DNA of 64,000 nt from Mobula hypostoma. Its lineage: Eukaryota. A model generated the notes under the pieces. It had not been told where the DNA came from, did no database searches, and saw nothing but the letters and a program-made list of their open reading frames with translations. This document shows, piece by piece, positions 52,617 to 64,000 of this stretch (its first letter is position 1; every line of letters starts with the position of its first letter). Made by a program: the position numbers and the translations under genes. The stretch spans positions 54,190,001-54,254,000 of the forward strand of contig NC_086097.1 of assembly GCF_963921235.1 (NCBI RefSeq), given 5' to 3'.

Positions 52617-54824
52617 GGGTTTATTATCACCAGCAGGTGTCATGAAATTTGTTAACTTAGCAGCAGCAGTTCAATGCAATGCATAATATAGAAGAAGAAA
52701 ACTAATAATAAAATAATTATTAATAATAAATAAATAAATAAATAACAGTATACGTATATTGAATAGATTAAAAATCATGCAAAAACAGAAATAATATATA
52801 TTTAAAATGTGACATGGTGTTCACAGGTTCAACATCCGTTTAGGAATCGGATGGCAGAGGGGAAGAAGCTGTTCCTGAATCGCTGAGTGTGTGCCTTCAG
52901 GCTTCTGTACCTCCTACCTGATGGTAACAGTGAGAAAAGGGCATGCCCTGGGTTCTGGAGGTCCTTAATAATGGACGCTGCCTTTCTGAGACACTGCTCC
53001 TTGAAGATGTCCTGGGCAATTTGTAGGCTAGTACCCAAGATGGAGCTGACTAAATTTACAACCCTCTGCAGCTTCTTTCAGTCCTGTGCAGTAGCTCCCC
53101 CATACCAGACAGTGATGCAGCTTGTCAGAATTCTCTCCACGGTACATTTATAAAAGTGTTTGAGTGTATTTGTTGACATACCAAATCTCTTCAAACTCCT
53201 AATGAAGTATAGTCGCTGTCTTGCCTTCTTTATAACTGCATTGATATGTTGGGACCAGGTTAGGTCCTCAGAGACCCTGACACCCAGGAGCTTGAAACAG
53301 CTCACTCTGAGGATTGGTATGTGTGCCTTTGTCTTACCCTTCCGGAAGTCCACGATCAGCTCTTTTCTCTTACTGACATTGAGTGCCAGGTTGTTGCTGC
53401 GACACCACTCCACTAGTTGGTATATCTCGCTCCTGTACACCCTCTCGTCTCCAGCTGAGATTCTACCAACAATGGTTGTATCATCAGCAAATTTATAGAT
53501 GGTATTTGAGGTATGCCTAGCCACACAGTCATGGGTATAGAGAGAGAAGAGCAGAGGGCTAAGCACACACCCCTGAGATGCACCAGTGTTGATCATCAGT
53601 GAGGAGGAGATGCTATCACCAATCCACACAGATTGTGATCTTCTGGTTAGGAGGTTGAGGATCCAATCGCAGAGGGAGATACAGAGGCCCAGGTTCTGTA
53701 ACTTTCTCAATCAGGATTGTTGGAATGATGGTATTAAATGCTGAGCTATAGTCGATGAACAGCATCCTGACGTAGGCGTTTGTGTTGTCCGGGTGGTCTA
53801 AGGTCATGTGAAGAGCCATTGAGATTGCATCTGCCGTTAACCTATTGTGGCGATAGGCAAATTGCAATGGGTCCAGGTTCTTGCTGAGGTAGGAGTTCAG
53901 TTGAGTCATGACCAACCTCTCAAAGCATTTCATCACTGTAGATGTGAGTGCTATCAGGCGATAGTCTTTAAAGCAGCTCATGTTATTCTTCTTAGGCACT
54001 GGTATAATTGTTCCCATTTTGAAGCAAGTGGGAACTTCTGCCAGTAGCAGTGAGTGGTTGAAAATGTCCTTGAATATTCCCACCAGTTGGTTGGCACAGG
54101 TTTACAGAGCCTTACCAGGTACTCCATCGAGATCTTCCACCTTGTGAGGATTCACTCTCTTTAAAGACAGTCTAACATCGGCCTCTGAGACAGAGGTCAC
54201 AGGGTCATCAGGTACAGCAGGGATCTTCACAGCTGTAGTTGTGTTCTCCCTTTCAAAGTAGGCATAGAAGGCATTGAATTCATCTGGTAGTGAAGCATCG
54301 CTGCCATTCATGCTATTGGGCTTCACTTTGTAGGAAGTAATGTCTTGCAGACCCTGCCAGAGTTGCCATACATCCGATGACGCCTCCAACCTTGTTTGAA
54401 ATTCTCTCTTCACCTTTGAAATAGCCCTCTGCAAATCATACCTGGTTTTCTGGTACAGACCTGGGTTGCCAGACCTGAATGCCACATATCTCCCTTCAGC
54501 AGATGACGTACCCCCTGGTTCATCCACAGCTTTTGATTTGGGAATGTACAGTAAGTCCTTGCAGCCACACACTCATCTACACAGGTTTTAATGAAGTCAG
54601 TAACAACTGCAGCATACTCAACCAGGTTCGAAGATGAATCCCTGAATACAGTCCAGTCCACCGATTCAAAGCAGTCCTGTAGGCACTCCTGTGCTTCCTT
54701 TGTCCAAACTTTCTTAGTCCTCACTGTTGGTGCTGCAGACTTCAATCTCTGCCTATACTCAGGGAGTAGAAGTACAGCTAGGTGATCAGACTTCCCGAAG
54801 TGAGGGCGTGGAATAGCACTGTAG
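52552..54824 (-). mobile_element. Rex1/Babar LINE (about 2.3 kb, 5'-truncated)
   Basis: [30 protein letters not shown] and KFADDTTIVG motifs. (ATCAGA)n tail. Flanking repeat ACTATCA (52545-52551 and 54825-54831). Confidence 0.93.
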
Positions 54825-55340
54825 ACTATCAAAGCACCACTCATGTTCTTTTTGTTGTAAAAGAAAAATACCCCAGCAACAGAAAAGCAAAGTCCAAGTT
54901 AAATTTTCAGATTTATCTAATGGTAATACGGACCACAGGTTTTGTTTCTGAATGAAAGCAAAATAAGGGAAAATGAAGATCAAATTCCATTCTGCACATG
55001 ATGAGTTCTGTTAGTCCAACCCAATCCAATTACAGAAATGACAGTTTAAGGAGATGGAGACCCTGGAATACAGACGTGACTCTTCTGGAGATTTATTTTT
55101 AAAGCCATGAACGCTTTTGACTATCCAGCTCACTTTGCTTCTTCATCTTTCACATTTTTTTTCAAACCAGCCTGTAACTTCCTTGTTCATTTCTGGTCTG
55201 ATTTTCCTGCCATGATTTTCATGCTATCGGACCAAACTCTGGGCAAACCAGGGAACTATATATAAACAACATTTGAAGAACTATATGTGAACAATGCCAG
55301 AGGGAGCATTGTTTCAAAATAATATCAATGTTTTTGATAT

Positions 55341-55470
55341 TCTGCCGAAGGGTTTTGGCCCGAAATGTCGACTCTACTCTTTTCTATAGATGTTGCCTGG
55401 CCTGCTGAGTTCCTCCAACATTTTGTGGGTGTTGATTGGATTTCCAGCATCCGCAGATTTTCTCTTGTTT
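55341..55470 (+). mobile_element. PLE pLTR mini-fragment
   Basis: ctgccgaagggttttggcccgaaatgtcgact...ttccagcatccgcagattttctcttgttt, with the same extent as 50439-50574. Confidence 0.7.
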
Positions 55471-55714
55471 TGGATCTTTTTCACTTTGTACTAGTTACTA
55501 CTGTTGCTTGTAAATCAGAGATTCAAACCTCATTGTAGAGACTTGAAGATAGACTAACATTTTGGTACGACATTGGACACACAGTCAAAAGGTGATTTAC
55601 TGAAAAACCTCATCTCCCAGCAGGACAGAAATATTACGTGGTAACATTAAAAGTGTAACAGAGCAAGTCCATTGCAATACCCAATACTTAGCCCTCAACA
55701 TAGGCAAAAGAAGA

Positions 55715-55870
55715 AACAGCAGATGCAGAAATCTAGAGCAGCACTCCGAAGCTGGAGGACCTCAGCAGGTCGGGTATCATCCACGGAGGGAAGTAGGTTT
55801 TCAATGTTTTGGGTCAAGAACCATCATCTGGACTGAAAGATGATGGAGTTCCTCCAGCTTTTTGTGTGTG
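55715..55870 (-). mobile_element. Degenerate PLE pLTR fragment with partial inversion
   Basis: gcagatgc..gctggaggacctcagcagg.. and an inverted gagttcctccagc. Confidence 0.55.
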
Positions 55871-56994
55871 GTTAAACAGAAATCAATTCAATTGAGAATT
55901 GTATTGGTGGTTTTTGGATCTTGCTGTCCACAAACCAGCTGCCACATTTCCCTATATTGTTGTAACGATGTTTTTGGCTGTATTTGGAACATCCAATGCA
56001 TTGTCAAAGTTACTACGTAAACAAAAGTTAATAAACAGAATAGCAAAGGCACTTAGTTTTGAAACCTATGCAATAATATATACGGGAGCAGAAGGGCTTT
56101 GCAATGTCTCATTCCACTGTGTAAGTGACTAATAATGCATTAACATAATTTACTTTTATCAGTTTCAATCCATTTGTTATCTAAAAGTTTGAGGATTACT
56201 TATCAAAGAGATAAGTACAAAACTTTATTTACTTACACTACAAAACTAACTAGATTACAAAGGAAACCATGTGTTACCCACAAGCTTCCTTATTTAACTG
56301 CCTTTGAAGATGTCTGCTTGTGATCCAGGCCTGATTATCACAGGGCAGTCAAATCAATTTTCTCTTTCCCAAGTAGCCTGATGAAATTTGATTTTAAAAA
56401 ATACATATTAATCAGTATTTTAAAACATGGTACATTTTTGCATTAGATGAAATGATAACTGAATTATAAACAGTACAGAAAGCTGTTAAAAGCTGAATAC
56501 ATTTGACTTTTTTCAGGTAAAACTTAGAGGGTAAAGTGCAACAATAGTAAAATATAAAGTACATTCAAACACATGGTGTTCTAGCACCAGTATTTTTAGA
56601 AGACATACTTGCATCTTCTTGAGCACAAAACTATGTATTTCATTTAAATTACTTCATATTAATGTTCAATGAATTTATTAACTACCTCCTCAGTCCAAAA
56701 GTTGAGGGTTGAATCCCAGTAATATTAGTTCATATCCATCCTTGGAAAGGTGCCACTGGTTCCATCTGAGCCAAAAGGCAGATCCAAAGTAACACAGTGT
56801 TGCCTTTAGACTATATTTTAAACACCAGTGTCGTTCAAAACCAAAATGTTTCATCAACAAGCCAATAGTTAAGTTTTCTTCAATATTTACTATTTTATCT
56901 TTAAATTTGCACTGATAAGCTTTGTAGTCCTTTCATATTCAATGGTGAATGATTGTGGACAATTAAACTGCTAACAAGAGGAGGAGAAAGTTTT

Positions 56995-57620
56995 CAAATC
57001 AAATCATGTTTAATTATCATTCAAACCATACATGGATACAGTCAAACCAGACAGTGTTCCTCTGGGGCCAAGGTGCATTACTTTCAAAACAGCGAGCAAG
57101 AAAGAAAACACACATTGTTACACAAAAAACACATGTTCTATCCAAGCCCCTGAGCGACATGCAAATTGATGGTACAGCTCCCGGCAATCCAGCCTGTCAT
57201 TCCGATGTCTTCAAGTAGCAGGCAGCAGGACAGTCTGCACCCAGATCAGCTCCTCCGAACCCAATCCAGCCCATCTGCTGGCTTCTCCTTCTTCAGCCTG
57301 AGCGCCGGCTTTTCCTTTTCCAGCCCAAGCACCGGCTTCTCCTTCTCTGGCCCAACCACCAGCTTCCCTCTCTCTGACCCAAGCACTGGCTTCTCCTTCT
57401 CTGATCCAATGGCCAATTTCTTCTTTATCAACTTGTCAATCGGCTCCTTTGACGCCCCAGGCAGCTGCTCTGAACAGCGAATAACTGATGCAGTAGACCT
57501 GCTGTACCCACTGTTTGTGGAGTCCAATACAGTCTTACAATCATAAAAAATACATTTTAAAACAAAAGTACACCTTTGGTTGACTCCCGAGGGGCCACTG
57601 CATTTGAACTCGCTGCCATA
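56995..57620 (-). mobile_element. Non-autonomous element with a LINE-type tail and an internal minisatellite
   Basis: The tail at 56995-57075 resembles 978-1050. No RT coding sequence. Confidence 0.45.
57268..57429. repeat. 27-bp minisatellite, 6 diverged units
   Basis: Units start at 57268, 57295, 57322, 57349, 57376 and 57403. Consensus is approximately AGCCCAAGCACCGGCTTCTCCTTCTCT. Confidence 0.85.
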
Positions 57621-58285
57621 TTATGGGACATTTTGAGGACATCCTTATTCTCAATAAAGGTGGAACTCACAATGAGTGTCAAAGATACATTTGAAGCTTT
57701 TGCAAAAGAAAGTGCCAGTGAAAGATGTACTATAGGCTTCTCTAGAGCTCATGAAAACCAATAATTGAATAATTTTGTACAATCTAATAATAACAAGAAA
57801 TGACTGAGATTACTGGATATCACAAAAGGCTTCCAATGTTGAAGATGTATTGTAGAATAAGCAGTATCTCCAGCCAAGCTGTTTCAGTACAATTACAACC
57901 CCAATATCCACCTGCCAACGTGGGAAATTGTCCAGATATTTCTCACTAACAAGAAGTAGGAAAACCTCAATCTACCACTTTACCACCCAATCAGTCATCA
58001 GCAAAGTGAGGAAAGATGCTATCGACTGTGCATTAAATCAATAATGTGCTCACCAATGCCCACTTTGGGCTTCACTGGCCACTTAATTCCAGACCTCTCC
58101 TGAGCTTTCACCTAAACATGGGCCAAAAAACTGGAATCCAGAAGTGTGGTGAAAATGACTGGACTTGACATGAATTGATTGGATGTGGCATCAGGAAGCC
58201 ATGATAAAACCAAAATTATTGAGAATCCTAGGATGATTCTTTTCCATTGGCTGGAGTCATGCCTTGCACAAGGGAAGATGATTAT

Positions 58286-58455
58286 GGAACACACATCAAA
58301 GTTGCTGGTGAACGCAGCAGGCCAGGCAGCATCTCTAGGAAGAGGTACAGTCGATGTACCTCATCCTAGAGATGCTGCCTGGCCTGCTGCGTTCACCAGC
58401 AACTTTGATGTGTGTGTTTCTTGAATTTCCAGCAACTGCAGAATTCCTGTTGTTT
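58286..58455. mobile_element. PLE-derived palindromic insert with 13-bp TSD
   Basis: 61-bp arms at 58289-58349 and 58355-58415 (1 mismatch, 5-nt loop). TSD GGAAGATGATTAT (58273-58285 and 58456-58468). Confidence 0.9.
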
Positions 58456-58549
58456 GGAAGATGATTATAGTTGTTGGAAGTTAATTACATTCCTCAGGAT
58501 CTCAGTACAGGAGATCCCCAGTTATATCTTAGGCCATACCATCAACAAC

Positions 58550-59700
58550 AACTTGGTGTTAACATTTAAGATGACCTGTACTGGGCCCAGCACGTAAGTA
58601 CAATTATGAAGAAAGCACAACAGTGCCTCTGCTTCCTTAGGAGTTTGCAAAGATTTGACATGACATCTAGAACTTGGACAAACTTCTATAGATGTAGAAT
58701 GGAGAGTATATTGACTGGCTGCATTGCGGCCTGCTATGGAAACATTCAGAACATACTCAATGCCCTTGAATGGAAAAATCTGACAAAAAGTAGTGGACAC
58801 AGCCTGGTCCATCACAGGTAAAGCCCTCCCCACCATTGAGCACATCTACACCAAGCATTGTTGCAGGAAAACAGCATCCATCATCAGGGACCCCCACCAC
58901 CCAGGTCATGCTCTCTTTTCGCTGCTGCCATCAGGGAAAAGGGTGAGGAGCCTCAGGATTCACACCACCAGGTTCAGGGACAGTTACTACCCCTCAACCA
59001 TCAGGCTCTTGAATCAAAGGAGATAACTTCACTCAACTTGACTTGCCCATCATTGAAATGTTCCCACAACCTCTGGACTAATTTTCAAGAATTCTTCATC
59101 TCATGTTCTCAATATTTATTATTTACTTATTGACGATGATGATGATTATTTATGTTATTATTATTATTCCTTTCTTTTTGTACTTGCACACTTCGTTGTC
59201 TTTTGTACGCTGGTTGTACACCCAGTTGGTGCAGTTTTTCATTGATTCTTTTATGATTACAGTCGGCCCTCCTTATCCACGGCGGGGGGGGGTCCCTGAA
59301 CCAATCCCCCGCGGATACCAACAAACGCGGATGCTCAAGTCCATTATATAAAATGGCGTAGTATTTGCATATAACTGATGCACATCCTCCCGTATACTTT
59401 AAATCATCTCTAGATTACTTATAATACCTAATACAATGTAAATGCTGTGTAAATAGTTGTTATACTGTATTGTTTAGGGAATAATGACAAGAAAAAATGC
59501 TCGAACAATGAGTGCTGGAGAGAGAACTTCCGGGTTTCCCCGATCTGCGGTTGGTTGAATCCGCACATGTGGAACCTGCAGATAAGGAGGGCCGACTGTA
59601 TTGGATTTATTGAGTATGCCTGCAAAAAATGAAACTCAGGGTTGTAAATGGTGACATACAGCATATGTACTTTGATAATAAATTTACTTTGAGCTTTGAG
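58550..59700 (+). mobile_element. Rex1/Babar LINE 3' fragment interrupted by a MITE
   Basis: KKAQQCLCFLRSL..MESILTGCI..HPGHALFSLLPSG. Tail tactttgataataaatttacttt. Confidence 0.85.
59260..59598. mobile_element. Tigger/pogo-type MITE resembling MER2
   Basis: Perfect 18-bp TIR CAGTCGGCCCTCCTTATC and TA target duplication (59258-59259 and 59599-59600). The interior matches my recollection of the MER2 consensus. Confidence 0.85.
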
Positions 59701-59840
59701 GGGTGGGTGCCTGGTATGCAGTGCCTGGGGTGGTGGTAGAGGAAGATACATCAGGGAATTTTGAGACTTTTAGATAGGCACATGGATGTGAGGAAAATGA
59801 AGGGATATGGACATTGTGTAGGCATATAAGGATTATTTTA

Positions 59841-60622
59841 CAAACACTATAAAATCTGCAGATGCTGGAAGTCCAACGTATCTCACACAAAATGCTGGAG
59901 GAACTCAGCAGGCCAGACAGCATCTACGGAAAAGAGTAAACAGTCAACGTTTTGGGCCGAGACCATTCATCAGGATTGGAAAGGAAGGGGAGAAGTCACA
60001 GTAAGAATAGTTGGAAATTGATTGGTGAAAGAAATGAAGGGTTGGGGAAGGGGGAATCTGGTAGGAGAGGACAGAAGACCATGGAAGAAAGGGAAGAGGG
60101 AGGTGCACCAGAGGGAGATGATGGGCAGGTAAGCTGATGAGGTGAGAGAGGTAAAGAGGAATGGGGAATGGTGAAGGGAGGGGGACAATTACCAGACGTT
60201 CAAGAAATCAATGTTAATGCCTCCGGTATATTGGTGAGACCCGATGTAGATTGGGAGACCACTTCACTGAGCACCTATGCTCAGTCCGCCGGAAAAAGCA
60301 GGATCTCCTGGTGGTCACCCATTTCAATTCTACTTCCCATTCCCAGTCTGATACGTCAGGCCATGGCCTCCTCTACCTTCGTGATGAGGCTACAGTCAGG
60401 TCAGAGGAGAAGCACCTTATATTTCGTCTGGATTGCATCCAACTTAGTGGCTTCTTGCCCTTCCCTTTACTTCACCCTCTCCCTCTCCTGGTTTCACCTG
60501 TCACCTGCCACTTTGTACTTCTTCCTCCCCTCCACCCATCGCCTTACTCTGACTTCTCCCCATCCTTTCCAGTCCTGAATAAGGGTCTTGGCCCAAAACG
60601 TCTCCTGTTTACTCTTTTCCAG
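59841..60622. mobile_element. Penelope insert (inverted pLTR and GIY-YIG remnant) inside a CR1 3' end
   Basis: GDHFTEHLCSVRR..EEKHLIFRL and two oppositely oriented hammerhead remnants. TSD GGATTATTTTA (59830-59840 and 60623-60633). CR1 flanks at 59700-59830 and 60634-60705. Confidence 0.85.
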
Positions 60623-61374
60623 GGATTATTTTAGTTGGCTATCTGATTATTAATTTATCTGGTTAAGGTCTGTTTCTGTGCTGTACTGTTCTATGTTCTA
60701 TTTTCTAGAATAGATTTTAACACAAAGGCAATGAAAAGTTTGAAGGATGGTATTGTATGTTGAAGGTTTTCCTTTTCTCATCTTCATGTCAATTGCTCTC
60801 TTACACATAAGCACACACTATTGCAGATGATTTTATCTACATATAGTATTTTGCAACCTCTAAGGTGCTACATTAATGCAATTTGTTGTTACCTTGTCAT
60901 TTAAATTTAATTTCAAGACCACTATGTCTAAACCCTCCACTTTTTCTAAAATTTCACCCTGGTTGTCCCGTATCTAAATCTGAATGACAAGGGATTTTCT
61001 CCGTTAATTACGTGCCACTTCCAAGTCAGTTGTCTGTGAAGCCATACCGTTCACAATTTGGTTCCCTTTCTGATCCTGAGCTGAGTGTTGGACTGTTCAT
61101 CTGTGGCACCTCTAAGGCATTTTTATTTTCATCTAATCGACTCTTCCGCTATATCCCCCTTTCCTGTCAAATTCTCCTCAAACCAAAGGCTGAGCTATTC
61201 CAGTGCACTAGTGGCCAGCTTCCTTTATTTTGCCCCGGTCAAAGCTGAACCCTGGGGCTCAAACCTGATTTTTGTCAAGTCCTATTCACCCACCTTATTG
61301 GGCTTGCTGACCAACCATTACTCCAATCCTCCTCCATTCCATACCTCCAAGGACTGTCCCATTCTAACAACGTT

Positions 61375-62942
61375 CAAAATTCAAAACAGATTTTATTATC
61401 AAAGTACGTATATATCATCATATACAACCATGAGATTCTTTTTTTTTCAGGTCATACTCACTAAATCTATAAAATAGTAACTGGAACAGAATCAGTGAAA
61501 GGTCAACCAGAGTGCAGGAGACAACAAACAGTACAAATGTAAAAAGAAGAAATAATAATATAAATAAATAAACAATAAATATCAAGAACATAAGACAAAG
61601 AGTCCTTGAAATTGAGTCCACTGGTTGTGGGAACATGTCAGCGACAGGGCAAGTAAAGTTAAGTGAAGTTATCCCCTTTTGTTCAAGAGCCTGATGGTTG
61701 AGGGGTAATAACTGTTCCTGAACCCGGTAGTGTGAGTCCTGAGGCTCCTGTACCTCCTTCCTGATGGCAGCAGTGAGAAGTGAGCATGTCTTGAGTGGTG
61801 GGGGCTGCTGATGATGGATGCTGTTTTCCTGTGATAGTGTTTCACGTAGATGTGATCAATGGTTGGGAGGCCTTTACCCACAATGGACTGGACCGTATCC
61901 ACTACCTTACATTGATTTTCTATTCAAGGGCATTGGTGTATCCACACCAGGCTGTGACGCAGCCAGTCAGTACACTCTCCGCTACACATCTATAGAAGTT
62001 TGTCGAAGTTCTAGATGCCATGCTGAATCTTCGCAAACTCCTAATGAAGTAGGGGCGCTGCAGTGCTCTCTTCATAACTGGGCCCAGGACAGGTCATCTG
62101 AAATGACAACACCAAGGAATTTCAAGTTGTTAACCCTCTCCACATCTGATAATCCAATAAGGACTGGCTCATGGACCTCCAATTTCCTTCTCCTGAACTC
62201 TATGTAATCCTCAGGTTCAGCCGCCAGTGTTGGTCTAGGAGAAGACACTCTGCAGCCCGCCAAACTTGTGAAATTTCATTTGTGTGGATGTTGCATGATG
62301 TTTTCTGCTGTTACAAATCAGTACCACAAAATAACAAACACTACACCATATGCAATTAAAGGATTTAGCTTTATAATTCTTAATTTGACTGGAGGGTTAG
62401 TAAAGAAAACAAAAAGAAAGAGAGCCCATTTCAATGAAACAGTCTAACGTGCACATTGGAGATTACGATTTTCCCGTCTGTTCATTCTCCATCGATTTCC
62501 TCCAGGCGTCGGCGACTCCCAACCCCATTACACGTCCACTCAGTCCTGTAGTCTATGACCTCTCTGATCTGGCATCTTCTCTCTTCATCTTCCGCTGAAC
62601 AAAAGCCCGTGAATACCTCGCTCTCGGGCACGCAAGAAAGCAAAACACTCCCCTCGTTGGATGCGCACATTTCCAAGCCCCCGGTGGCTCTAGTCATAAC
62701 CCAAATACTGCTGCTACAGAGAAACCATTACATTAGCAGTGAGACCTTTCCCAGGGCCTTACATCTGTAATCAGTTCCTTGGTCTTGTGACATTGAGTAG
62801 GAGGTTGTTGTTATGACCATTCAGCCATATTTTCAATCTCCCTCCTATATGCTGATACGTCACCACCTTTGATTCGGCCTATGGCAGTGCTGTCATCAGC
62901 AAACTTGAATGTGGTATTAGAGCTATGCTTAGCCACACAGTC
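61375..62942 (-). mobile_element. Rex1/Babar LINE fragment interrupted by a solo LTR
   Basis: LLPSGRRYRSLRTHTT, VERVNNLKFLGV and a KFADD remnant. Confidence 0.85.
62203..62763. mobile_element. Solo LTR (561 bp)
   Basis: TGTAA...TTACA termini, flanks TCTA and TCTG. Rex1 sequence resumes on both sides. Confidence 0.72.
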
Positions 62943-63164
62943 ATAAGAACCCATTTGAGATATCTAAGTGCCTCCAGTTCAGGTCTCTTGGTCATCCCCA
63001 GAGTTAATCATGGCATCACTGGTGGCTGGGCCTCCCATATACCTAAACCCTGGAATTTTCTCACTGAATTTCTTTATCTCTCTATCCCCTTCAAAATGCT
63101 CTTTTCAATCTCTCTCTTTGATTAGGCAGCAGAAAATAGACAGTTAGCTTGACCTCAGTGGTTG

Positions 63165-63445
63165 GAGTCAATTGTTAAGGATGAGGCTATAGAGTACTTG
63201 GTGACACAGGACAAGTTAGGACAAAGTCAGTGTGGTTTCCTTAAGGGAAAATCTTGCCTGAAACTTTGAAAAGATCACAAGTCGGATAGATAAAGGGATG
63301 TAGTGGATGTTGTATATTTTGACAAGGTGCCACACATGAGGCTGCTTACCAAGTTAAGAGCCCAAAGTATTACAGGAAAGTTACTGGCATCGTTAGAGCA
63401 CTGGCTGATTGGTAGGAGGCAGCGAGTGGGAATAAAAGGATCCTT
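63165..63445 (+). mobile_element. CR1 RT fragment
   Basis: GF.KGKSCL and DVVY..FDKVPHMRLL..WLIGRRQRVGI motifs. Confidence 0.8.
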
Positions 63446-63448
63446 GCA

Positions 63449-64000
63449 GCACACACAAAAAATGCTGGTGAACGCAGCAGATCAGGCAGCATCTATAGGA
63501 AAAGGTGCAGTCGACATTTCGGGCCGGGACTCTTCATCAGCACTAACTGAAAGAAGAGCTAGTAAGAGATTTGAAAGTGGGGGAGATCCGAAATGATAGG
63601 AGAGACAGGAGGGGAGGGGTGGATCTAAGAGCTGGAGAAGGGAGAGGATCATGGGATGGGAAGCCTGGGGAGAAAGAGAAGGGGGGAGGGGAGCCTGGAG
63701 GGTGGAGAGCAGGCAAGGAGTTATAGTGAGAGGGACAGAAGGAAAAAAAGAGAGAGAGAACAAAAGGGAGGGAATAAAAAATATATAAAAATATATTAAA
63801 TAAATAGATAAGGGATGGGGTGTGAAGGGGAGAAAGGGCATTAATGGAAGTTAGAGAAGTCAATGTTCATGCCATCAGGTTGAAGGCTACCCAGATGGAA
63901 TATAAGGCGTTGTTCCTCCACCCTGAGAGTGACTTCATCTTGACAGTAGAGGAGGCCGTGGATAGACATATCAGAATGGGAATGGGATGTGGAATTGAAA
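63449..64000 (-). mobile_element. Penelope-like element 3' fragment (runs off the window)
   Basis: Same family as 38555-39100. GIY-YIG C-terminal codons at 63840-64000 and a hammerhead remnant at about 63509-63544. Confidence 0.88.

Noticed and set aside
57268..57429. CRISPR array
   Set aside because: Contiguous diverged units without unique spacers, no cas genes, and a eukaryotic context.
57166..57546. FG-nucleoporin-like ORF as a real gene
   Set aside because: The similarity comes only from a 27-bp minisatellite within a repeat-like unit, with no gene context.

Overview
This is AT-rich eukaryotic DNA dominated by decayed, often nested transposons. The mix of CR1, Rex1/Babar, RTE and L1 LINEs, Penelope-like elements (PLEs), V-domain tRNA-SINEs, solo LTRs and Tc1/pogo/hAT MITEs suggests a cartilaginous fish, probably a ray (inference). 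No intact host protein-coding gene is recognisable: the identifiable ORFs are broken retrotransposon ORFs, and the rest look like chance frames. One low-confidence minus-strand terminal exon candidate lies at 1207-1336. Highlights: (1) a family of minimal hammerhead-ribozyme motifs (CUGANGA-A-stem II-GAAACGUC, with an ACGU palindrome suited to dimeric folding) carried by PLE-derived inserts, several flanked by 8-15 bp TSDs, including a near-perfect 61-bp hairpin and a 136-bp ribozyme-headed mini-element; (2) a 339-bp Tigger-type MITE that closely resembles mammalian MER2 as I recall it, a horizontal-transfer candidate; (3) a full-length, TSD-flanked RTE LINE with a highly structured 5' leader. 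Family names come from motif recognition and memory, not database searches. Boundaries without a TSD or TIR are approximate.
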